A stretch of 64,000 bases of DNA, taken from NCBI RefSeq assembly GCF_006345805.1, contig NC_043019.1, positions 14,383,360 through 14,447,359 on the forward strand. Direction: 5' to 3'. Shown here in pieces: positions 53,165 to 64,000 of the stretch. Position 1 is the first letter of the stretch; each line of letters starts with the position of its first letter. Both the position numbers and the translations under genes were made by a program. The stretch is from Octopus sinensis. Its lineage: Eukaryota. Below the pieces are notes generated by a model. It saw only the letters and a program-made list of their open reading frames with translations. It did not search any database and had not been told where the DNA came from.

Positions 53165-53165
53165 C
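52850..53165 (+). mobile_element. RTE 3' UTR-derived repeat
   Basis: ggcacgtaaaaagcacc subrepeat and (GAT)n terminus. Confidence 0.8.
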
Positions 53166-53879
53166 AGAGGATATTATTAAAAGGAATAATAATATCCTCA
53201 AAAATATATGTTGATACAATATTTTCAAGGTAATCCAAACTGGTGAAATTCCAGCTGAACATCTGAAAATTTTTTAGCAATTAATACACACTAACAAAAA
53301 GAAATGACAAAATCAAATTCAACTTAAGACATTCATTCATTCAACCATTAGTGATGTCACTGAATAACTAATTTGTTTTGTAGAAATAGAAATTTTAATT
53401 TGAACGAAAATAAAATCAAAAGAAGAATAACATTAAGAATGAAAATAACAAATAAACTTATTTAAGAAAAGTCATTCAATTATTTGAGACTTCACATTGA
53501 TGATGAAATCCAAATAAGAGATACAAACCACCTTACTAATTCTACATTATGAGAATCTGAAATCTACACAGAAAAATAATCTAAAAAATTAGTATTTTTA
53601 CATACATTTATTGATGATATCACTGGATAACTAAAGAATAAAAATTACAGATAAGATTTCTATTTTTATACTTATTAGAAGCTTACATACTTTACTTTGT
53701 GATAATTAATCATCTGTTTACTCATTATATTAAAAACCCTTTTATAAGAATTAACCGTATTATATAAGAATTAAAAAATATTCTAATTTATAATGGAAAT
53801 ATTTGAATGTCTTTCTAAATTTATGGCAACATCTTAAAGTAAAGTATTCATTGAAATTTAATATATTTCAGTCGGTTTT

Positions 53880-54650
53880 CAATCTATCTCCATCATTTCA
53901 TAAGAATTTTCCTCCCTCTAAGTTTCTTGTTTTTATGCATGTTGGCCTTGTGGTTTGACGCTAGTCTTGGCTCCCAACTTAATAAGAGCTTTCTATGTAT
54001 GGACCAAAAATCTTTATAGATATACAGCCTATGATTTAGGATAGATTTGTCATATAAGGCTTGAATTATGGGCTTGAAATATTTGAGTTTCATGTCAATG
54101 TCTATTGTGGAGAGACATTTACACCAATCCTGTTTGAGGATCTCTTTCTCAATTGATTTCCAGTTAGCTCTATGAAAGTTCACACTGGAAAGATTTCCAG
54201 TGCTTTGTATAGGCTGTATATCTTTAAGGACTTTTGGTGCATACATAGACAGCTTTATTATGTTGGGATACAGGTCTAGTGTCATTATCACTTTCACATT
54301 GTGGATGACGTCCATATTGTTTGTGAATGAGAGATCCAATATATTATTTGCATTGGTTGGCTGGAGCATAATTTGCTCCATGAATGAAGCATTGGTAAGG
54401 TTGAGCAGAAACCCCACCTGTGCTCGTTAGCAGTGTTCCATTCCTAAGAGCATTACGCCCTCTGGCCATCCCACAATAGGGAAGCTGAAGTCACCCAAAA
54501 GGAAGACGTTGATGTGTTGCTCCAGTATGGTGAGAAGTTCCATCTTTGCGAAGTAGTCTTCAAATTTGTCTGTGTGATTTGGAGCATCTTGTTTGAGGGA
54601 TTTCCATCAGAAATTTTCAAGGCTTGCAGAAACAATTGCAGTACCTTGAT
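53880..54650 (-). pseudogene. Decayed CR1/L2/Jockey-type APE endonuclease
   Basis: VFLLGDFSFP..W, MEQIMLQPTNANNILDLSFTNN, NFHRANWKSI. Confidence 0.75.
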
Positions 54651-54859
54651 TGTCCAATTTCACGACGTCTTTGCTGTATAAACCTAAAGAGAAAGAGAGA
54701 TGGAGAGAGAGAAAGACAGGGAGTCAGCGAAGGAGAGTGAGGAGAGAGGGGAGAGAGAGAGAAAGAGAGTGAGATGAAAAGCAGTATGAAAGTGCAGATA
54801 AGTACTACTTAAAAAGAAAGTTCATGCAATGCTTATGAATGACAGTTTTTGTAAAAGCT

Positions 54860-55340
54860 AACCGGCTTCCGTGCCAGTGGCATGTAAAAGGGCACCATTC
54901 GCGCGTGATCGTTACCAGTGTTGCCTTACTGGTACTTGTGCCCGTGCTAGTAGGGTGCCAAGAGCACCATCCAAGCGTGATTGCTGCTAGAGCAGCCAAC
55001 TGGCTTCCCTGCCAGTGGCACGTAAAAGGGCGCCATTCGTGCATGATCGTTACCAATGTCACTTCACTGGCACCTGTGCTGGTGGCATGTGTAAACGGAT
55101 TCAAGTGAGGTCGTTGCCAGTACCGCCTGACTGGCCACCGTGCCGGTGGCATGTAAAAAGCACCCACTACACTCTCGGAGTGGTTGGCATTAGGAAGGGC
55201 ATCCAGCTGTAGAAACTCTGCCAGATCAAGATTGGAGCCTGGTGCAGCCATCTGGTTCGCCAGCCCTCAGTCAAAATCGTCCAACCCATGCTAGCATGGA
55301 AAGCGGATGTTAAACGATGATGATGATGATGATGATGATG
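54860..55340 (+). mobile_element. RTE 3' UTR-derived repeat with expanded subrepeats
   Basis: Multiple ggca(c/t)gtaaaaggg/agcacc units, (GAT)n end. Confidence 0.8.
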
Positions 55341-56401
55341 ATACGAACACACAGACACAAATACTATGCGCATGCACTCAGACACTACACCTTGCTAGCA
55401 CTCACACACACACTCTCTTTGTACACATTGTAAATAAAGTCTTCTTCTCTCTCAAACAGTAGAACGGTTGTCGTCCTTCATTTATTCCTTTGGCTCTGTA
55501 TTTGGCTTTCATATTTTGTTAGGGGCGACCGTGCTGCATTTTAAAGGAGACATTTGTCACCAGCTCCATACGTATGGTTGTATTCCCTACAGCATATATG
55601 TATTTTCCCAAATGTCAAAATGTTTGACTAGGGTCTTGTTGATTATCTATCACTAAGGTGAAAACAAATTATGGTTAACAATGTAGGGAATTATCCAACT
55701 GCAATTGATCTAGGTAGTAGAATGTCTGGATATGGTCTAATACATTGTCTATTACTAAGGTAAGACCAAATTATGGTTAACCAAAGTAGGGAATTGGCTA
55801 GCATACAAGAACGATTTGGATTAAAATGCTGGCATTAATGGGTCGTAAGTATTCTTATAAACAGCAGAATGTCTGATGGTAGTCTAATTTTAACAATCAT
55901 TTTTCCATGTTTGCATGGGGTGAGCAAATTTACCATGGCAGATTTTCTACGACTGGGTGCCCATCCTGTCACCAACCCTTATCTGTTTCAGTTTAGTATT
56001 TCTCCATATTCAGACATATTGGCTTTAAATTATGGTAATGGGCAGGCCTTTCTGAGGGGAGGGGAACTTGGATGCATCAACCTCAGTACATGACTGGTAC
56101 TTATTTTTTGACTCGGAAAGGATGAAGGTTAAGTGAACGTCGGCAGAATTTGAGCTCAGAGTGTAAAGACGGACAAAATACCGCTAAGCATTTTGTCTGG
56201 CATGCTAACAGTTCTGCCAGCTCAGCATCTTCCCATGGTCAGACAGATTTTCACACAACACTGGAAACGAAGAAGGATATTCATTACAATAATCATACAC
56301 TGTCAAGATAAGGAGACATAAACATGCACACACCCACACTCATGCATAGTATTAATAGAATAGAAGACAAGTAAGCTGTAGTTGAAGAGCCTTGCCCTAG
56401 G

Positions 56402-56820
56402 TGCCATGCAGTGGGACTGAACCTGAAACTTTGTGTTGAGAAGCAAACTCCTTAGCCATACAGCCATGCAGTGGGACTGAACCTGAAACTTGTGGTGGGA
56501 AGCAAACTCCTTAGTCATATAACCATGCAGTGGGACTGAACCTGAAACTTTGTGGTTGGGAAGCAAACTCCTTAGCCATACAGCCATGCAGTGGGACTGA
56601 ACTGAAACTTTGTGGTTGAGAAGCAAACTCCTTAGCCATACAGCCATGCAGTGGACTGAACTGAAACTTTGTGTTGAGAGGCAAACTCCTTAGCCATACA
56701 GCCATGCAGTGGGACTGACCTGAAACTTTGTGGTTGTAAGCAACCCTTAGCCATAATGCAGTGGGACTGAACCTGAAACTTTGTGGTTGAGAAGCAAACT
56801 CCTTAGCCATACAGCCATGC
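56402..56820 (-). repeat. 7 x ~60-bp minisatellite made of the family 1 SINE head
   Basis: Unit (minus) gctgtatggctaaggagtttgcttcccaaccacaaagtttcaggttcagtcccactgcatgg. Confidence 0.9.
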
Positions 56821-56944
56821 CTGTACCTATAAGCTAGTAAAAACTGAAAACTAAAAATTGCAGTAGAAGACTTTTTTTCTATTGTTTCTGGTATTTTATT
56901 ACAAAGTTGTCATATTTTCACTTATTTCTTTTCATCATTTCTAG

Positions 56945-58062
56945 ATTCGAGTTCTTGGATTCATTGCTGTGGTCAGCATCTTCTTTCTACTGTTTGCCTG
57001 GAAGCAATATTCTGTGAATAAAGAATATACAGGGACAACATTAAACAAACACAACCAAAAGTTTATAAATAATTCTAAGGAATTTCCAAATAATCAAGTG
57101 CATCATACAAATAACAAAACTGTAAGCAAAGAGAAACAGGAATTGGTTCAGTTAAACAACAAAACTAAATATATTATTTTTTACTGTGTTAATAATATAG
57201 AGTGTGGCGGTTGGGGAGATAGACAGCATGGAATAGTCTCTGTATATTTAATGGCACAGGCCATGGGTCGTCGTTTTGGTATCATTATTTCAAAACCTTG
57301 TAATTTTGCAAAATATCTTCAACCAAACAAAATTAACTGGACAATTGACCCAAAAGAGTTGCATGGCCTAAAAAGTCGTCACCTCCGTTTGACTCGAGAT
57401 AAAGGGTACATATCTGCTTTACGATCAGTAGACTTAGAAAGACGCCACCCTCAAAATGTCCTCTATGTGACAACAAATCAAATCTATTTTCACACCTTAA
57501 TAGAGAATCCTCGCTACAAAAAACAACTTCTTTGGTCATCACAAATGCCATATGGAAATGTATTTGCTAAAATAATGAATTTAATGTTTCGATTCAATGA
57601 TCATTTTCAAGAAGCGATTGACAAATTCTTTGAAGTCAATATCCCCAACCCAAATATGCATTTGGTGTGTGCTCAGATTCGAATTGGACGGAACCCCACA
57701 ATGCCACATGATGACTGAAGGATGTCAATGTCAAGTGTTCAATCTCTCTGGAACTTCTTAAGTAAATACAAAAACACCAGCAAGTACAAAATGTTTGTGA
57801 CAACAGACTCAGAAGAGGTACAGAAGATAGCTTTAAAAAAATTTTCTCCTCAAATCGTGGAAATGTGAAAAATAGGTGTGAAGGTTTAAGGAAGGTCATT
57901 ATGGACCAACATATTCTGACTAAATGTGATACGTTGATAATAAGCCGAAGTAATTTTGGTGAAAATGCTATGATGATGAGCCAAAAAGACAACAAAGTGT
58001 ATTATTTTAAAGAAGGAAATATAACAAGGATCGACAAAAAAAGATTTTTTCGTAACAGGTAA
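56945..58062 (+). pseudogene. Disrupted paralog of the fucosyltransferase-like gene
   Basis: Same acceptor/phase (ttctag|attcga); TGA at 57716-57718; 42-bp deletion at 57859/57860; 2-bp insertion near 57865; AATAAA at 58180-58185. Confidence 0.85.
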
Positions 58063-58434
58063 AATACTTGGTTGTGAGACAGGATTTTTTTGACACCCAG
58101 AATCTGAAAGTGACATCCATGTATCATCATCATGTCAAGATCTTAAGATACTGGATGCATAGAATTTCATTGGTCTTTCAATAAAACAGCTTATGAGGAA
58201 TAAGGTATAACATACAAACATACATAGCAATTGATTTTCCTTCAAAACCAGAATGTTTTCTTGAAATTCTACTGAAGAACTATTAAAAATCTTCAAATTT
58301 CTATAGGCAAATTATATCATTTACATATGCCCACGGGCATATAGTGTAGGGGTTTTGAGCATGAGCTATTAACCCCAAGATTCCAAGTTCAATTCTAGGC
58401 AGTGACCTGAGTAATAATAATAATAATAATAATG

Positions 58435-58465
<31 letters not shown>

Positions 58466-58537
58466 ATAATAATGATAATAATAATAATAATAATGATACT
58501 AATAATAATAATAATGATAATAATAATAATGATGATG

Positions 58538-58576
<39 letters not shown>

Positions 58577-58588
58577 TAATAATAATAA

Positions 58589-59438
58589 CCATTGCTGGGA
58601 TTTTTCTTTGTCTATTTCTTTTGCTAAACTAAACGCAAAAGAAATAGACAAAGAAAAATCCCAGCAATGGTTGAGAAGCTCAGGACAGAGGGATTTTTAA
58701 TTGCAGCACAAGACCAAAGCCTCCCCACCAGAAATTACCAAAAACATGTAATGAAAAGAAATATAACAAGTAACTGCAGAATATGTGGAGACGGATAAGA
58801 AACAATAAATCATATTATCTCTGGCTGCCCAGTCCTGGCTAAGTAGGAATATATTCACAGACATGACAGAGTTGGAACCTACATACACTGGAAGCCATGC
58901 CAACATTATGGAATAACAACAGAAAAAAGATGGTATAGGCACACACCAGAAAAGGTCACAGAAAATGAGAAAGCAACCATACTCTGGGATATGCCGATAC
59001 ACACAGATAGAGAAATTAAGGCCAACAGACCAGATATAGTTGTCAGAGATCATGAAGAAAAAAAATGCTTTCTAATTGATGTATCAATACCGGCAGATGA
59101 CAACATGTCTCTAAAAGAAGTGGATAAACTTTCAAAATACAAAGACCTGGAAATAGAGGTAACCAGAATGTGGAATCTAAAAACAGAAACAATTCCTAAT
59201 ATAGTAGGTGCATTAGGCATGATAAAAAAATATTCAGACAAATACATAACAAAAACACCAGGACTTACAAACACATATAACATACAGAAAATTGCACTAC
59301 TAGGCACTGCACACATCCTACGCAGAACACTTTCCATACAATAACCATCAGAGCATCACAACAAATCACAGCACATACCAAAGGCACACAGAGCTGCGCT
59401 CGGTAGTGAAGTGAAAGCACGCTATAAAAATAAAACTA

Positions 59439-59441
<3 letters not shown>
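58589..59441 (+). mobile_element. R4/Dong-like RLE LINE 3' fragment, copy 1
   Basis: CRICGDG*ETINHIISGC, HRHDRV, NRPDIVVRD..CFLIDVSIP..KLSKYKDL; flanked by (AAT)n. Confidence 0.88.
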
Positions 59442-59529
<88 letters not shown>

Positions 59530-59605
59530 TAATAATAATAATATTATTATTATTATAATAATAATAATAATTATTATTATTATAATAATAATAATGATGA
59601 TGATG

Positions 59606-60616
<1,011 letters not shown>

Positions 60617-60694
60617 TATTATTATTATAATAATAATAATAATTATTATTATTATAATAATAATAATGATGATGATGATGATAATAATAATTAA

Positions 60695-63600
60695 TTCTTT
60701 TTATTGGCCACAAGGGCTGATACACATGATTAGAAAACATAAAGGGACAAAACAGGACGAAAGGTTACAAAGGGCTTTGTCCGTTTGTGAAAAAATCGCG
60801 TAAAAACAGTGTAATAATCAAATAATATAACAACGAAAAACTCCCAATAGGGGGAGGCGTTATGAAAGGTTCCTGGTGGAAAAACCCATAAAAGCCAACG
60901 GGAGCCCGGTCAAAAGTGGGGTAGAGAGCCCCTTTCTCCTTTTATAACACCTTTTCCAATTACAGGCGAAACCTGAGAATTGGTCCATTCATACTGGCTA
61001 TTCTTGCACAATTCACCCACCTTTCAGAAAACTTGCTATCAGACAGCACCCTCCTCTCATCTTCCTTTTCAAGTGAAACTTGAAAAAGTTGATGAGGCCT
61101 TGACCAAAGAGGAAAGTGTCTGACCTTAGCCCTTTCAAACGGGTCCACCATACAACCTCCTTCGCCACAGCCACCAGGCACAGGAAAACGGCCTTGCCCT
61201 CCTTGTTAAAGGAGGTCGGCGGGCAATCCTCACTATGGATTCAGCTGATAGCCGGATCCGTCCCACACGTGACAGTAGCTGTTCGACACAAACCCACAGT
61301 TCAGCAATACTTGGGCACTGGACGAGTGCGTGCAGAACGGTTTCGTCGTCCTGGCAACACCTCGGGCATGCCCGGCTGACGGTACTTCCGTGCCGGTAGA
61401 GTTCATCCCGAACAGGCAGAGCCCCTCGGCAGCACTGCCAGGCGAGCGACGTCTGGAAATCATCCATTGGCCCCAGCCTGAAAGTCCTTCCGAACAGACC
61501 GCTCAGTTCGTTATCATCAACGCCTAGAGTTTCCCCGAGAACGTCGTCGCATTTTCCCTCCACTATACCCTCTATAGAAAGCTAGAGTGGAACAAAAACC
61601 GATCGCATTGCCCGCTTGGCGGAGGGTGGAGAGAGCTTGACGGCACTCGAGGTGCCAAGCGCCCTTTCTCGGTCTACGTTTGATCCAGGTCTGCAGCTCT
61701 GTCAAAGAGACGAGCTGCGGAAAGTCGCGTCTGACAAAAGACGACCACACCTGTTCACCGTCGAGGAAACGCTTGAGATGTCGCAGCCTGAGCGCCTGTC
61801 TGCGCATCAGTAACCACGGCATGCCAAGGCCTCCGTTCAGCGGTCGTTGACAGCAGATTGATCGCCTGACCAGTGGCACCTGACCCTTCCACAAAAAGTC
61901 GAAGAGCAGGCGTACCAGCTTAGCCAACCAGCGGTCGGGACAAGGGATGACGGTCAAGCGGTAATAGATGACGGATGCGATGTACGCATTCGTCACCTCC
62001 GCTCGACCTTTCAAGGACAGCTTCCTCTCGGCCCATTTCTGGGTGAGACGTGCCATCCTGCTCGTCACTTCTTCCCAGTTTTTATCCACCTGGAGGTCTG
62101 GACCGAACCAGACCCCGAGCAGTTTAACGGGTCCGTCTGTCCAGCGCCCTACGACGCTGTTGGACGGCATGGGCTTGCCTCTCCAGGTGCCCAGTTGCAA
62201 GCCTACAGACTTTTCTGCGTTAATCTTTACCCCTGTCACCGCTTCGTACTCGATTAGTGTCTCGCCAATCAGGTCAATGTGCCTGTGGATCGACACCATC
62301 ACGGTGACGTCGTCGGCATAGGCAGACATGCTGTTTCCACCTCCTAGATCACGCGGGATACCCCTCAAATCCTCCAACTTGTGCAGTAATGGCTCAAGAG
62401 TCAATATGTACAAGAGGGAGGAGAGAGGGCATCCTTGGCGGACCGAACACGAGATGTCAAACGGTTCCGAAAGGTGACCATTCACCCGTATCACCGAGCA
62501 GATGTTGCTGTATAAAGCAGCGATCCACCCGCGGAAGACTGGACCGAAGCCGGCTGCCTTGAGAACAGCTGCCAGGTACCGATGGTCGACCCTATCGAAG
62601 GCTTTACTCTGATCTAAATTGATCAAAGCCCCACCCGCGCCAGCGTCGTTACCCACCCTCTCTAAGATGTAGTGCATGAGATGGAGGTTGTCGTGTATCG
62701 ACCTGGTCAGCACGGCGCATGTCTGCGTTTTGCCAACCAGCTTGTCCACGACAAGCGCCAATCTCTTGGCTAGCACCTTGGCCAAAATCTTCAACTCTGC
62801 GTTGAGCAGAGTGATGGGCCGAAAATTCCCTATAATGCCCCCTTGTTTGGGTCCTTTCTCAGCAAAGCCACTACCCCTTGACAGACAAAAGCAGAAATTC
62901 TCCCGTTTTGCTGCCAATTGCAGTAGACGTTTGCCAACAGGCCCGCAAACAAGTCTGGCATTGAAGTGTAAAGCTCGTATGGCAGACCATCCAAACCCGG
63001 CGATCTACCTCTCATGCAACTCTTCATTGCTTCTTCCACTTCCCAGGCAGATATCGGTCCTTCGCAGCACTCTGCTTCGCTGTCCGAGAGTTGCGGTAGG
63101 CCGTCCAGGTACACACCAATATCTATACCGTTGTGCGTTCCACCGCTCCTTCCAAACAGTTGAGCAAAGTGCCGCTGAAACACCACACACATCTGCTTCG
63201 GTTCGGTAACCTCGTGCCCGTTCTGCTCCACCAAAGACCGAATGTTTGCTATGTTGCCTTGCTTCACCTCCGCCACGCGGGCCCGTCGAGCGGCTCTAGT
63301 CCCCTCCTCGCTTAGCGAAAGTGCCTTAGCTCTGACAACGCAGCCTTCGTGCTTGGTGTCAAAGTGTTGGTCAAGGGCCAACCTTGCTGCCAACACGTCG
63401 GTCGCGATGCCAGTCTCAAGAGCCTCGTCTAGTTTCTTAGCTAAATCCCGCTCTCTCTTCCTACGTTCAATAGCTAGAGCCTTAATAAACCTAATCGACT
63501 CTACTCTAATTGCTCTCTTGAGTGCAAACCACCAGTTGTTGTTGATGATTGCCCCTGTGAGCACCCGCTTAACTAGTAAACTAATCCGGTCTCTGTAAGC

Positions 63601-64000
63601 TTTGCATGCCGTTAACGACGCGTTCAGCTTCCAGTAGCCGGGTCCCTGTCTATGTAGCCTATCTAAGTCGACCGTACAGATCACGAATTTGTGGTCCGTG
63701 TAGTCGACTAGGTGGAATTGTGGACACCCTTTGCTGTCCTTATCCGCTGGCCTACAAAACACTTTATCTAAGTTTATCTAGACGACCCGATGCGATTGGT
63801 CCAAGTCCACAATGGCACATTCGGGTTGTCTAGTCGAAACCTGTCGAACAGCTGAAAGCGTCCGAGTAGGTTGGCGAGGTTCTTGCACCCCCCTCTCCTA
63901 TCAGATGCTCCCTGCCCACCCGATCGAAACGTTCGTCTAAGACAGCGTTCCAATCCCCAACTAGCACTAGAGTGCGTGACGTTCCCAGAAAAATTTCCAG
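60695..64000 (-). mobile_element. L1/Tx1-clade LINE ORF2 (APE end, RT, zf-RVT) and 3' UTR, frameshifted; continues past the window end
   Basis: YTDHKFV, GPGYWKLN, SPGLDGLPYELY, FRPITLLN, DQSKAFDRV, VRQGCPLS, AYADDV, WQCCRGALP..CPRC..ETVLH. Confidence 0.93.

Overview
Eukaryotic, AT-rich, repeat-dominated window. It is most likely octopus genomic DNA, inferred from the dense tRNA-derived SINEs, TA/CA/GATA/AAT microsatellites and a single-exon C2H2 zinc-finger gene. Host genes: (1) a C2H2 ZNF at 14764-15705 with four near-identical 84-bp fingers and fossil fingers after the stop; (2) a head-to-head pair of alpha-2/alpha-6/O-fucosyltransferase-superfamily-like genes, one intact (22690-23859, minus) and one disrupted (56945-58062, plus), whose 3' UTRs are ~97% identical while the mid-protein is only ~64% identical. 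The rest is mobile DNA: two different Penelope-like elements back to back, a near-complete RTE LINE, an L1/Tx1 ORF2, an ORF1-only L1/Tx1 derivative, a duplicated R4/Dong-like 3' end in (AAT)n, mariner/pogo/hAT/Helitron relics, a 9-bp-TSD MITE family and four SINE-like families, some in tandem arrays. The least-explained structure is a set of six minimal type I hammerhead-ribozyme motifs, three of them in fold-back mini-elements. All alignments and counts were done by eye. Single-base indels in homopolymers and tandem arrays may be consensus errors.
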